A DNA stretch of 64,000 nt from an uncultured Pseudohongiella sp. (GTDB lineage: Bacteria > Pseudomonadota > Gammaproteobacteria > Pseudomonadales > Pseudohongiellaceae), in the NCBI GenBank assembly GCA_965212375.1, contig OZ243108.1, forward strand, positions 2,436,353 through 2,500,352, in the 5' to 3' direction. A program made the position numbers and the translations under genes. Position 1 is the stretch's first letter, and every line of letters starts with the position of its first letter. Below, one piece after another: positions 27,152 through 37,513 of this stretch. The notes below the pieces were generated by a model. The model searched no databases. It was not told the origin of the DNA and saw only the letters and a list, made by a program, of their open reading frames with translations.

Positions 27152-28078
27152 CTACCACCAGCCCGCGGTTTCCTGCGCATAGTTATAGCGCTGACGCATC
27201 TTCTCCAGGGTTTCCATTTGCAGGTTCGGGTCCATGGCGTTATCCGCCTGCAGGTCGGCCATCACCACCACGATAACGCGGCGATTCTGGGAGCGGCCCT
27301 CGGCGGTGTCGTTGGGCTGTTTCGGGCGGTGCTCGCCAAAGCCCACCGAGGACATACGAATGGAATCAACGCCGCTGGATTCAAACAGGCGCACCACGGA
27401 CGCGGCCCGGGCGGAGGACAATTCCCAGTTGGAGGGGAAGATCGAATTCTGGATCGGCATATTGTCGGTAAAGCCTTCCACCATCAGCGGATTGGGGTAG
27501 CGGGACAGAATATCGCCCATCCGGGCGAGGATTTCTTCCGCAGGAGTGGCCAGATCGGCGCTGCCGCTGGTAAACAGGATGTTGGATTTAATCTCGATCT
27601 CCATCCACAGTGGGTTCTGGCGGACATCAATCTGTTCGTCTTCAATCAACTCGCCGAAGGCGTCTTGCACTTCCCCTTCCAGAAATTGCAGCGTGGCGTT
27701 GACCGGAAACTCGCCTTCGCCGTCTCCGCCGGCGGCTTGCGTGGCGTCGCTTTCGGTTTCCACCTGCACGTCGACATCGCTCTTGCCCGGAATTTCCGGC
27801 TTGATGTTAATCGGAATTGGCACATCCATGATCACCGAGAAATCCGGTTGGCGAATGCTGCGCACGTTTTCGCCAAACTGGATCGGGGCAAAGGATTTGG
27901 TGATTGGTCGAAACGCCGCATTCATGGATTCCGACAGTACCCGGTATTTGCCCTCGTTCACCGATGACATGGAGTACATGACCACAAAGAATGCGAACAG
28001 CAGAGTAATGAAGTCGGCATAGGATACCAGCCAGCGTTCATGATTCTCGTGCTCTTCGGGTTTTTTCTTGCGTGCCAT
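27152..28078 (-). CDS. motB: flagellar motor stator protein MotB/MotD (OmpA-like C-terminus)
   Basis: 308-aa ORF. The N-terminus (HERWLVSYADFITLLFAFFVVMY) carries the plug/TM Asp. The C-terminus has a peptidoglycan-binding domain. Confidence 0.85.
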   Translation of the reverse strand: MARKKKPEEHENHERWLVSYADFITLLFAFFVVMYSMSSVNEGKYRVLSESMNAAFRPITKSFAPIQFGENVRSIRQPDFSVIMDVPIPINIKPEIPGKSDVDVQVETESDATQAAGGDGEGEFPVNATLQFLEGEVQDAFGELIEDEQIDVRQNPLWMEIEIKSNILFTSGSADLATPAEEILARMGDILSRYPNPLMVEGFTDNMPIQNSIFPSNWELSSARAASVVRLFESSGVDSIRMSSVGFGEHRPKQPNDTAEGRSQNRRVIVVVMADLQADNAMDPNLQMETLEKMRQRYNYAQETAGWW

Positions 28079-28166
28079 GGAAGGTCCGTTAGGCTATTGA
28101 ATGCATGTCCGACCTGCGTCGGGTCGATGATTTGACTAGAGACTGGCCTGCTTATAACTGGCCTGC

Positions 28167-28904
28167 TTATAAATAGCCGCGCAGCTTGGCCTCGATGTTG
28201 CGCGGGTTTTCGCCCTCGGCAATGCTCACCAGGCCGTCGATGATCATCTCCCGGTACAGGGACTGGCCGTTGGTCAGGGTTTTAAGCTTGTTGGCCATGG
28301 GCAGGAATACCAGGTTAGCCAGGCCCACCCCGTAAATTGTTGCCACGAAGGCCACCGCAATACCGGGGCCCAGTGCCTCGGGATTGGACAGATTTTCCAT
28401 CACGTGAATCAGGCCCATCACCGCGCCAATAATGCCGATGGTTGGCGAATAACCTCCAAAGCCTTCAAAGACCTTGGCGGCCTGTAAATCCTTGTCTTCC
28501 GCCGCCGACAGCTCAACTTCCAGGATGCCGCGCACCGATTCCGGTTCGTTGCCGTCTGCCAGCATCTGCAGGCCGTTTTTGGAAAACGCATCGGTTTCCT
28601 CCTCGGCCAGTTCCTGCAGCGACAATAAGCCTTCCTTGCGCGCGGTCTGACTCCATTCAACAATCTTTTCGATCGTTGCCTCGAAGTTGTTCTTCGGCGG
28701 AATAATCATCCATAGACTGCGTTTCAGGCTGAGCAAAAATATTTTCAACGGTGTCTGTACCATGACTGCACCCAGCGTCCCGCCAAAGACGATAAAAAAG
28801 GCAGTGAATATCATCAGCGATTCGGTATGACCGCCTTCCAGCAGGTTGCCGCCGACGATAGCTGTCAGGCCGATGATCAGCCCTATGATTGTCATGATAT
28901 CCAT
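28167..28904 (-). CDS. motA: flagellar motor stator protein MotA/MotC (PomA-like)
   Basis: 245-aa ORF with four TM helices of the MotA/TolQ/ExbB family. Lies immediately upstream of motB. Confidence 0.85.
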   Translation of the reverse strand: MDIMTIIGLIIGLTAIVGGNLLEGGHTESLMIFTAFFIVFGGTLGAVMVQTPLKIFLLSLKRSLWMIIPPKNNFEATIEKIVEWSQTARKEGLLSLQELAEEETDAFSKNGLQMLADGNEPESVRGILEVELSAAEDKDLQAAKVFEGFGGYSPTIGIIGAVMGLIHVMENLSNPEALGPGIAVAFVATIYGVGLANLVFLPMANKLKTLTNGQSLYREMIIDGLVSIAEGENPRNIEAKLRGYL

Positions 28905-29043
28905 GGATGATCCTGTTACGTCGCCGTCTGTCGGCGAGTCATGTAGTGACCGTTGCCTTGTTTCGGTCGGGTGTTATTGATGATTCGCCTGGTATCTCAA
29001 TTTACAACTCAGTTAATAGCTCAATTGATAACTCAATTTACAA

Positions 29044-29781
29044 CTACAAATCGTCTTCCTCGATCATGCTGTTGCGCATCTTGGTGCGCAGCCGGCTGGT
29101 GGCCTGGCTGTGGATCTGGCAGACCCGGGACTCACTGACGTTCAGCGTCTCGCCGATCTCCCGCAGGTTCATGCCGTAGTCGTAGTACAGAACCACTACC
29201 ATTTTTTCCTGCTCCGGCAGCTTGCCAATCGCCTCCGCCAGCTTCTTTTTCACTGACTCGTCGTGCAGACCCATCATGGTCTCGTCTTCTTCAGTAGACG
29301 GCTCGGAGAAGGTATTGTCGTCGTCCAGACTGAAAACTGTGCAGCTGGCAACGGTCTCCAGCAGTTCGGCATACTCCTGCATGGACAGGCCCAGCTCGGC
29401 AGCAATTTCCTTGTCGGTCGCCGTGCGACCGTTGCGGTTTTCCACCTCGCGGATCGCCTTGGACAAGCGGCGCGATTTCTGTTGCACCGAACGCGGCACC
29501 CAGGTCTCACGACGCAATTCATCAAGGATCGCACCGCGGATACGGATACTGGCGTAGGACTTGAACTCCGCGCCCTGGTTGGGCTCGTAGGTGCGCGCTG
29601 CCTCCAGCAGGCCGATCATGCCTACCTGGATCAGGTCTTCCACACACTTGTCCGGCGGCAGACGCACGCTGATATGGTGGGCGATAATTTTTACCAGGGG
29701 CAAGTGATCCTCGAACAACTTGTCCCGGGACAGGTACTCGTGCATTTCATATTGTGTGGCTGGATTGCTCATCAGACTCAT
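29044..29781 (-). CDS. fliA: RNA polymerase sigma factor FliA (sigma-28)
   Basis: 245-aa ORF with sigma-70 regions 2-4. Overlaps the flhG stop by 4 nt. Confidence 0.9.
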   Translation of the reverse strand: MSLMSNPATQYEMHEYLSRDKLFEDHLPLVKIIAHHISVRLPPDKCVEDLIQVGMIGLLEAARTYEPNQGAEFKSYASIRIRGAILDELRRETWVPRSVQQKSRRLSKAIREVENRNGRTATDKEIAAELGLSMQEYAELLETVASCTVFSLDDDNTFSEPSTEEDETMMGLHDESVKKKLAEAIGKLPEQEKMVVVLYYDYGMNLREIGETLNVSESRVCQIHSQATSRLRTKMRNSMIEEDDL

Positions 29782-30602
29782 CTCGCCGTGGCGTTTTCGA
29801 TACCCGCGACCCGTCCGACAAAAAATTCCAGATTGCCGGTGGTAGGCGGAAGTAAAGGTAAATGGTTAATGGATTTGGCCAGGCGTTGAAACGCCAGGCC
29901 GGAAGCGCTGGTGGGAAACTTCTCCACTACCGGTGCTTGCATGCGAATTGCTTCGCGCAGTTTTTCATCCATTGGAATACTGCCAAGAAAACCAACGGAG
30001 ACGTTCAGGTAGATGTCGGCGACATTGACCAGCTTGCTGTACAGCAAGCGGCCCTGCTCCGAGTCAGCCACCATGTTGGCCAGCACCTGAAAGCGCTTGA
30101 TGCCGTGCTCGGTATTCAGCACCTTCATCAGGGCATAGGCATCAGTCAGGGACGCGGGTTCATCGCAAACCACGATGATCACTTCCTGACAGGCTTTGCT
30201 GAAGGTAATCACACTGGGTGAGATACCGGCAGCGGTGTCGATAATCAAAACGTCCGCATCGTCCTGAAGCAGGTCGAAAGCGCGAACCAGATTGGCCTGT
30301 TCAAAGGTACTGAGCTCAGCCATCTTGCCGATACCGGACGATGCCGGTACCACGCGCAGGCCACCGGGACCATCGATGATGATGTCGGCAAGCTCACATT
30401 CACCGGTCACCACCTGATAAAGATCCTTGTTCGGCTTCAGGTTCAACATGACGTCGACATTGGCCATGCCAAGGTCGGCGTCCATCAACAACACCGACTT
30501 GCCGGTCTTGATCAGGCTCAGCGCCAGGTTGACCGAGACGTTGGTCTTGCCGACCCCGCCCTTGCCGCCTGATACCGCAATTGTTCTTACTGCATGGCTC
30601 AT
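29778..30602 (-). CDS. flhG: MinD/ParA-type ATPase FlhG (FleN), flagellar number regulator
   Basis: 274-aa ORF with a deviant Walker A (SGGKGGVGKT). Located between flhF and fliA. Confidence 0.85.
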   Translation of the reverse strand: MSHAVRTIAVSGGKGGVGKTNVSVNLALSLIKTGKSVLLMDADLGMANVDVMLNLKPNKDLYQVVTGECELADIIIDGPGGLRVVPASSGIGKMAELSTFEQANLVRAFDLLQDDADVLIIDTAAGISPSVITFSKACQEVIIVVCDEPASLTDAYALMKVLNTEHGIKRFQVLANMVADSEQGRLLYSKLVNVADIYLNVSVGFLGSIPMDEKLREAIRMQAPVVEKFPTSASGLAFQRLAKSINHLPLLPPTTGNLEFFVGRVAGIENATAR

Positions 30603-30631
30603 TGTTTCAGTCCAGTTCGTGGTTGGCCGCC

Positions 30632-31834
30632 TTAGCTGGCCAGTGCGCGTCCCTGTCCGTTCACGGACTCGCGATGCTCGATGGTAATGCGCTGCTGTCG
30701 CTGACGACGCAACTCGCGATAGTTTTCCAGCAGCTTGTTCCAGAAGAACTTTGCCTCGGCGGCGATCAGGTCCTCGGGAATGGACTGACCAATACCCAGG
30801 AAAGCCACTGGCAACCGGAAGCGAACCGCACCGGAAATAGCTGCGCCGATAGACACGTTTTCATCGGTCTTGGTGATAATCGCGCCAGCCAGGTTGATAT
30901 CCCGGTAGGCGCGAATAGTGTCGTTGATCACAGCTTCCTGGGCGGTCGCGGCCAGTACCAGGAAGGGAGTAATGTCGGCGTTGTCACCGATAATGCGCTG
31001 GTATTCGCCGGCCAGGGAGTCGGTGCGCGGATTTACGCCAGCGGTGTCGATAATCACCAGCTTGCGGCCGGCGAAACTGTCGAGAGTCTGACGCAGCTCG
31101 TCGGCGTCGGCGGCAACCTGTACCGGAATGCCCAGGGAGCTGCCCAGGGAGATTAATTGGTCCTTGCCGCCAACCCGCACGTTGTCAGTAGTTACCAGGG
31201 CAACCTGGTTGCGGCCATGCCGGGCGGCAAACTGGGCGGCAAGTTTTGCCGCCGTGGTGGTCTTGCCGACGCCGGTGGGACCGACCAGGGCGATGATGCC
31301 ACCGTCAGATAATGGATCATGGCCAGGCGCTTTCACTACCTTGGTCAGGATGCGCAGCGCGCGACGCCAGCCCAGCTCAAGGTCGGCACAGGGCAACACC
31401 CGGTTGACGATCTTGATCGCCAGATCCCGACTGACACCGACTTCCTCCAGTCGGCTTAGCAAGGCAATACGGTTCGGTTGCCGGGTCCGGGCATCACGCC
31501 AGGCCAGCTGCGCCAGCTCGCCTTCAAAAAGCTCCCGCAGGCGACCCAGTTCGGCCTGCATGTCCTGAAGCGACGGGGCCTGTTCGGTTCGTGTCTGCTT
31601 GTCGCTAAGGATCTCAAACAGGAACTCGTCCTTTTTCTTCGCGGCCGGCTTGTGCGGCGCCAGCCGCTGCATTTGTGCCTTTAGCTGCTTCGGATCGTAG
31701 TCACTGGCCGCCATTACTTCGATGAGACCATCGACGTTACGGCTGGATATCAGAACCGCGTCCTTACCCAGCTCGGCTCGCACCTTGGCCATGGCCTTCT
31801 GCATGTTCTCTTCCTGGAATCGTTCTACTCTCAC
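30632..31834 (-). CDS. flhF: SRP-type GTPase FlhF (flagellar placement)
   Basis: 400-aa ORF with G-motifs (GPTGVGKTTT, DTAG, TKTDE). Confidence 0.85.
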   Translation of the reverse strand: MRVERFQEENMQKAMAKVRAELGKDAVLISSRNVDGLIEVMAASDYDPKQLKAQMQRLAPHKPAAKKKDEFLFEILSDKQTRTEQAPSLQDMQAELGRLRELFEGELAQLAWRDARTRQPNRIALLSRLEEVGVSRDLAIKIVNRVLPCADLELGWRRALRILTKVVKAPGHDPLSDGGIIALVGPTGVGKTTTAAKLAAQFAARHGRNQVALVTTDNVRVGGKDQLISLGSSLGIPVQVAADADELRQTLDSFAGRKLVIIDTAGVNPRTDSLAGEYQRIIGDNADITPFLVLAATAQEAVINDTIRAYRDINLAGAIITKTDENVSIGAAISGAVRFRLPVAFLGIGQSIPEDLIAAEAKFFWNKLLENYRELRRQRQQRITIEHRESVNGQGRALAS

Positions 31835-31941
31835 GTTACTACCCTCGCGTTTCTAAACCGCTCTGTAATGCCACCCTCAACCGAGTGTGATCTGTCGAGT
31901 TTGATTTGAACCAGCCGGTCAGTTTGCAACTGGACACCTGC

Positions 31942-34059
31942 TTACGCGGCGTTTGATTCCAGCTGACCAACGGTCGATACCACCTGAATCTGTTTGTTGT
32001 TGGCAATCTCGTTGTAGGCCAGTACTTTCAGCCGCGGATTCGCGCTCTTCACGAATCGGGACATCCAGTTTCTGATCTGGTCTGACACCAGCAGTACCGG
32101 TATCTGTCCAGATGCTTCCAGCTCCTGACTGCGCATGTGAATCTCTTTCATGAACGACTCAGCCAGTCCTGGTTCCAGCCCGGCCAAACCGCCTTCGCGA
32201 TTGCCCGCAACTGACTCAAGCAATATCCGTTCCATACCTGCACCCATCGTAATTACGCGCATTTCAGGCTCCATACCGACGATTCCTTGACAGATAGTGC
32301 GTCCTAAACCGACACGTACCGCTGCCGTTAATTCGTCAGTATTGAGACCACGGCCGGAATGCTCGGCAATGGATTCAATAATGGTTCGCAGGTCGCGCAC
32401 CGGAACGCCTTCCGCCAGCAGGTTCTGCATGACCTTCAGAATCGTGCCCAGGGACACCACGTCCGGTACCAGGTTCTCCACCAGCTTCGGCGCAGTCCTG
32501 GACAGGTTATCCAGCAGCTTCTGCACCTCGTCATGACCCAGCAGCTCATGGGAGTAAGACTTCAGGGTGTGGCTCAGATGCGTGGCAATCACGGTACTGG
32601 CATCGACCACGGTATAGCCCTTGGACTGCGCCTCTTCCTTCTGGCTGGCTTCGATCCAGATGGTGTCGAGGTTGAAGGCCGGGTCTTTGCCCGCTATACC
32701 TTCAAGGTCGCCAAACACCTGCCCCGGGTTAATGGCCATTTCCATACCCGGATGGATCTGGCCTTCACTGACCGGCACGTCCATCAGCGTGATGCGATAG
32801 GAATTGGGAGGTAACGACAGGTTGTCGCGAATGTGTACCGAATGGACCAGGAAGCCCAGGTCCTGGGAAATCTTCTTGCGGACCGCCTTGATCCGATCAA
32901 GCAACTCGCCGCCCTGATTTTTGTCCACCAGGGAAATCAGGCGATAACCCACTTCCAGACCAATAATGTCGACCCCGAGAATGTCGTCCCAGCCCAGATC
33001 TTTCTGGGACTCGGCGACTTGCTGTTCGGCTTCTTCTTCCGGCTCTTCCACCACCGGAGCCGCATTCTTTCTGGCCAGCAGATAGCCAATGCCGATCAGT
33101 GCCGAGGAGATGAACAGGAAAATAAGATTCGGCATGCCGGGCACCAGGCCAAGCAAACCGATCACGCCCCCGGTGATCACGAAAACTTTCGGACTCTCGA
33201 ATACCTGGTCGAGAACCTGGCGGCCAACATCGGTAGCCGCGCCAACGCGCGTTACAATCAGCGCCGCCGCAACCGAGATCAGCAGGGACGGCACCTGGGC
33301 TACCAGGCCATCACCGATGGTCAGCAGCACATAGTTGGTGGCCGCTTCACCGGCCGACAGATTGTGCTGCAGCACGCCGATAGCAAAGCCGCCAATAATA
33401 TTGATAAACAGAATCAGGATGCCGGCGATGGCATCACCGCGGACGAACTTGCTGGCACCGTCCATGGCGCCGTAAAAACTGGATTCCTTCGCCACATCCT
33501 CACGGCGGGTGCGGGCGGTATCCTGATCGATCAGCCCGGAATTCAAATCGGCATCAATGGCCATCTGCTTGCCGGGCATGGCATCCAGGGTGAAACGCGC
33601 GGTGACTTCCGACACCCGGCCGGCACCCTTGGTGACCACCACAAAGTTGATGATGACCAGGATCGCAAACACCACCAGGCCGACCGCATAGTTGCCGCCC
33701 ACCACGAAATCGCCAAACGCCTCGATCACTCGACCGGCAGCGCCGGTACCGTTATGGCCCTCAATCAGCACCACCCGGGTGGAAGCAATGTTCAAGGCCA
33801 GACGCAGCAGTGTCATCACCAGCAGGATGCTTGGAAACACTGCGAAATCCAGCGGCCGACTGACATACACCGCCACCAATAGAATGATCAGCGACAGCGC
33901 AATGTTAAAGGTAAAGAAAAAGTCGAGGATGAACGGCGGCAGCGGCAGAATCATCATCGCCAGCAGCATGATGATTAATAGCGGCGCACCGAGACCTATC
34001 AAAGGCACTTCGACGCCGCCAATTGAAAACGGTTGCCCAGTTGTAGTTGCACCGGCCAT
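31942..34059 (-). CDS. flhA: flagellar type III export gate protein FlhA
   Basis: 705-aa ORF with the conserved FHIPEP region and a cytoplasmic C-terminal domain. Confidence 0.9.
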   Translation of the reverse strand: MAGATTTGQPFSIGGVEVPLIGLGAPLLIIMLLAMMILPLPPFILDFFFTFNIALSLIILLVAVYVSRPLDFAVFPSILLVMTLLRLALNIASTRVVLIEGHNGTGAAGRVIEAFGDFVVGGNYAVGLVVFAILVIINFVVVTKGAGRVSEVTARFTLDAMPGKQMAIDADLNSGLIDQDTARTRREDVAKESSFYGAMDGASKFVRGDAIAGILILFINIIGGFAIGVLQHNLSAGEAATNYVLLTIGDGLVAQVPSLLISVAAALIVTRVGAATDVGRQVLDQVFESPKVFVITGGVIGLLGLVPGMPNLIFLFISSALIGIGYLLARKNAAPVVEEPEEEAEQQVAESQKDLGWDDILGVDIIGLEVGYRLISLVDKNQGGELLDRIKAVRKKISQDLGFLVHSVHIRDNLSLPPNSYRITLMDVPVSEGQIHPGMEMAINPGQVFGDLEGIAGKDPAFNLDTIWIEASQKEEAQSKGYTVVDASTVIATHLSHTLKSYSHELLGHDEVQKLLDNLSRTAPKLVENLVPDVVSLGTILKVMQNLLAEGVPVRDLRTIIESIAEHSGRGLNTDELTAAVRVGLGRTICQGIVGMEPEMRVITMGAGMERILLESVAGNREGGLAGLEPGLAESFMKEIHMRSQELEASGQIPVLLVSDQIRNWMSRFVKSANPRLKVLAYNEIANNKQIQVVSTVGQLESNAA

Positions 34060-35210
34060 TACTGACTACTCCCCTGCTGTTCCCGATCGGAGTATTCCTC
34101 GGGGACTTTGATACTGCGCGGCGCCGTCGGCATCTTCCTGCGACCCTGACGCGCCTGGCGAAGTTGAAAAATGTAGGCCAGGACCTGGGCCACCGCCATA
34201 AACAGGTTGCCCGGAATTTCCTGGTTGATATCGGTTGAAGCGTAGAGCGCCCGCGCCAACGGTGGTGCCCGAAAAATGGCCACCTCGTTTTCCTCGGCTA
34301 TTTCGCGGATCCGTTTGGCCACAAAATCCTTGCCCTTGGCAACTACTCGTGGGGCACCGGCGCTGTCCTGGTCATAGCGCAGCGCAACCGCATAATGTGT
34401 CGGGTTGGTGATAATCACGTCTGCGGTAGGCACCTCGCTCATCATGCGCTGGTTCGCCATTTCCTGCTGTCTCTCACGGATGGCACTCTTCACTTCCGGC
34501 TTGCCATCGGTTTCCTTCATTTCGTCCTTCACTTCCTGCTTGGTCATGCGGATCTGTTTGTTGAACTCAAAGAGTTGAAACGGCACGTCCATGGCGGCGA
34601 CCAGAATCAGCACGGCGCTGAAACCCAGCAGGCACCAGATGAACATCGACCCGGTTGCCTCGAAGGCCTGGGTCAGGGGCTGCAATGGCAGGCGGAGAAT
34701 GTCATCCAGCACCGCATACAGGACCAGACAGGCCATCCCGCCAACCAACAGAAACTTGCCGATTGCCTTCACCAGCTCCATCAACGACTTGGGGGAAAAT
34801 ATCCGACCCATGCCCTTGATGATGCTGATGCGTTCGGCCTTGGGGCGAATCTGGTCGGCACTGAACACCCAGCCGCCCATAGAAAGGGGACTGGCAATGG
34901 TGGTGACCAGCACCAGTGAGATCAGCGGCACCAGCATCCAGACGCTATCCATGATGGTTTCCAACAGCTCGACCGGCATAAGCTTGTCGCTGAACGCCGC
35001 TTCGCGACCGAAACTGAGTCCTTCATTCAGCATGGTTTTGATATCCTGAATAATTGCCTTGCCGAAAAACATCATTCCGAATCCTGACGCCAGCAACGAC
35101 ACCAGAGTATTGAGTTCCTTTGAACGAGCGACCTGACCCTTTTTCTTGGTGTCTTCCCGCCGTTTGGGGGTCGCCTGTTCGGTTTTTTCCTGACCGGGTT
35201 GCTCTGCCAT
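34059..35210 (-). CDS. flhB: flagellar export switch protein FlhB
   Basis: 383-aa ORF with the NPTH autocleavage motif (IITNPTHYAVAL). Confidence 0.9.
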   Translation of the reverse strand: MAEQPGQEKTEQATPKRREDTKKKGQVARSKELNTLVSLLASGFGMMFFGKAIIQDIKTMLNEGLSFGREAAFSDKLMPVELLETIMDSVWMLVPLISLVLVTTIASPLSMGGWVFSADQIRPKAERISIIKGMGRIFSPKSLMELVKAIGKFLLVGGMACLVLYAVLDDILRLPLQPLTQAFEATGSMFIWCLLGFSAVLILVAAMDVPFQLFEFNKQIRMTKQEVKDEMKETDGKPEVKSAIRERQQEMANQRMMSEVPTADVIITNPTHYAVALRYDQDSAGAPRVVAKGKDFVAKRIREIAEENEVAIFRAPPLARALYASTDINQEIPGNLFMAVAQVLAYIFQLRQARQGRRKMPTAPRSIKVPEEYSDREQQGSSQ

Positions 35211-35218
35211 AGCCCCTC

Positions 35219-35989
35219 CTAATTCACCATGGTCCGCATGAAGTCAAAGCCCGTGGCAAACAGGTCTTCAAGCAGTGGAATCAGGACCGGTACGCTGAAG
35301 AACATCAGCACAAACCCGGCCAGCATGGTGGTAGGGAAACCCACCGCGAAAATATTGAGCTGCGGCGCCGCGCGGGTAATCACGCCAAACGCGAGATTCA
35401 CCAGCAGCACGCCTACCATTACCGGTAGCGCCACCATGACTGCCGCCATAAACAGCTCGGCAGCAAACAGCGCGATGTCGCCAAAGATCTGGGTGCCGTT
35501 GAGTGGCGAACCCACCGGCAGGTAAGTGAAGCTGTCAGCCACCACCTGCAGTAATAAAAGATGGCCATCCATAGCAAGAAAATAGAGAGTGCCCAATATC
35601 AGGTACAGCTGGCCCAGCATTGTTACCTGCACGCCGTTCTGGGGGTCCACAGAAGACGCAAAACCAAGGCCCATGGTGGTAGCCATTGCCTGGCCAGCCA
35701 TGATCAGGGCAGAGAAAACAATCTGCAGAATAAGACCCATGACGATGCCAACGCTGACCTGCTGCAACGCGGTAAGCAGACCGGTGGGGCTGAAGGGCTC
35801 AATGGTTTCGTTAAAAGGCAAACCTGGCACCAGCACCAGGGTGATCAGCACGGCGAGAATGACGCGCACCCGCACCGGGACCGTCTGTGCACCAAATACC
35901 GGTGCAACCATGAACAGTGCGCCGATACGCAAAAACGGCCAGAAGAAATCTCCTACCCATGCCGTGACTGTGTCCAGTGAAATTTCCAT
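35219..35989 (-). CDS. fliR: flagellar export apparatus protein FliR
   Basis: 256-aa polytopic membrane ORF at the conserved position after fliQ. Confidence 0.85.
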   Translation of the reverse strand: MEISLDTVTAWVGDFFWPFLRIGALFMVAPVFGAQTVPVRVRVILAVLITLVLVPGLPFNETIEPFSPTGLLTALQQVSVGIVMGLILQIVFSALIMAGQAMATTMGLGFASSVDPQNGVQVTMLGQLYLILGTLYFLAMDGHLLLLQVVADSFTYLPVGSPLNGTQIFGDIALFAAELFMAAVMVALPVMVGVLLVNLAFGVITRAAPQLNIFAVGFPTTMLAGFVLMFFSVPVLIPLLEDLFATGFDFMRTMVN

Positions 35990-36014
35990 GGTTTTTCGTT
36001 GTTATCCGATCAGG

Positions 36015-36284
36015 TTAGCCAATCAGGTCCGGTATGCGGAGAAACAGCTGCTCGGTGTAAACCACCCAGGAACTCAGCAGCCACGGACCCATCAATACCA
36101 GCGCGACAACCAGCGCCAGTAGCTTGGGAATAAAACTCAGGGTTTGTTCCTGGATCTGCGTTGCTGCCTGCAGCACGCCCACCAGCAAACCCACTGCCAG
36201 CGCCGAGAGCAGTAGCGGTCCCGCCAGGGCCACGATCAGGAACAACGCTTCGCGGCCTACCTGTAAAACAACATCTTCATTCAT
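36015..36284 (-). CDS. fliQ: flagellar export apparatus protein FliQ
   Basis: 89-aa ORF with two TM helices at the conserved position. Confidence 0.85.
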   Translation of the reverse strand: MNEDVVLQVGREALFLIVALAGPLLLSALAVGLLVGVLQAATQIQEQTLSFIPKLLALVVALVLMGPWLLSSWVVYTEQLFLRIPDLIG

Positions 36285-36314
36285 AGTTCGTTATCCTTGT
36301 TGCAGCGCGACTGA

Positions 36315-37058
36315 TCAGGCCACCGCAAAACTGGAAGCCAACGTGCCTACTACCAGGGTCCAGCCGTCCACCATGACAAACAGCATGATCTTGAACGGCA
36401 ACGAGATCAGCATTGGCGACAGCATCATCATGCCCATGGACATCAGGATGGAGGCAACCACCAGATCGATAACCAGGAACGGGATGAAAATCAAAAAGCC
36501 GATCTGGAAAGCAGTTTTCAGCTCACTGGTGAGATAAGCCGGAACCAGCACCCGGAACGGCACTTCTTCCACGGTATCGAATCCTTCGTAGCCCGCCATC
36601 TGGGAAAACAGCGCCAGGTCTGATTCGCGGGTCTGATCGGCCATGAACTTGTGAAACGGGCCACCGGCTTCGGTTAACGCCGCATCAAAGCCCAGGCTCT
36701 CGTTCATGTAGGGCTCAATACCGTTCTGGTAAGCGGTTTCGAACACCGGCGCCATGACAAACACGGTCATGAACAGCGCCAGGCCCAGGATGATCTGGTT
36801 CGATGGAGTCGACATCAGCCCCAGTGCCTGCCGGAGAATCGACAACACGATGATGATGCGCGTGAACGAGGTCATGGCCATCAGCCCTGCCGGCAACAGG
36901 GTCAGCACCGTCATCAGCATCAGAATCTGCAGACTAATGCTGTAGTCGGTACCACCGCTGGTATTGGATTGGGAGGTCACCAGGGTCAGGTCCGACTGGG
37001 CAAATGCCAGATCCGGTACCAGAATCAACGCAACAAGTAGCGTAAGCGCGCGCAACAT
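36315..37058 (-). CDS. fliP: flagellar export apparatus protein FliP
   Basis: 247-aa ORF with a signal peptide and conserved FliP motifs. Confidence 0.9.
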   Translation of the reverse strand: MLRALTLLVALILVPDLAFAQSDLTLVTSQSNTSGGTDYSISLQILMLMTVLTLLPAGLMAMTSFTRIIIVLSILRQALGLMSTPSNQIILGLALFMTVFVMAPVFETAYQNGIEPYMNESLGFDAALTEAGGPFHKFMADQTRESDLALFSQMAGYEGFDTVEEVPFRVLVPAYLTSELKTAFQIGFLIFIPFLVIDLVVASILMSMGMMMLSPMLISLPFKIMLFVMVDGWTLVVGTLASSFAVA

Positions 37059-37513
37059 CAGGAGCGGCCTCGCTGGGTAACAGCCTGCAGCAGACTGGCG
37101 AAATTCGGATTGTTCACAGGACGGGTAGTTGCCGCCTCTGCATCTACCGGCTCGCGCATTTCATGGACCATGTTGACTCGACCCGGGCTGGCGCTGATTA
37201 GCAGTTGCTCGTTGCCCACCTGTACCAGCAGCAGACGGTCCTTGTTGCTCAGTGCCAGGCCGCCCACGATACGAATGTGCGCCGAAGACCCGGCAGTGAA
37301 CATATTGAATTTGCGGATGGCGAACGACAGGCCAACGATCAGCACGATTACTACACCCAGCGCCAATAACATCTGCACCAGGCTACCCGTATCCAGAACC
37401 GACACCGGACTGGCGGCTGGCGTCGCTTCCGCCGCACGTGCACCAGGTACCAGCAACATCAGACTCAAAGCCAGAGCAATCAGTGACAACAGCTGTAACA
37501 AACCTTGCTTCAT
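37058..37513 (-). CDS. fliO: flagellar protein FliO
   Basis: 151-aa ORF with a single TM helix. Start and stop overlap fliN and fliP. Confidence 0.7.
   Translation of the reverse strand: MKQGLLQLLSLIALALSLMLLVPGARAAEATPAASPVSVLDTGSLVQMLLALGVVIVLIVGLSFAIRKFNMFTAGSSAHIRIVGGLALSNKDRLLLVQVGNEQLLISASPGRVNMVHEMREPVDAEAATTRPVNNPNFASLLQAVTQRGRS

Noticed and set aside
28905-29043. Sigma-28 promoter for motAB
   Set aside because: The best candidate on the minus strand (GCCGACAG as the -10, no clear TAAA -35 at the right spacing) matches the TAAAGTTT-N11-GCCGATAA consensus too poorly.
31835-31941. Sigma-54 promoter upstream of flhF (AGGTGTCCAGTTGCA on the minus strand)
   Set aside because: The GG-to-GC spacing is one nucleotide short of the invariant -24/-12 spacing.
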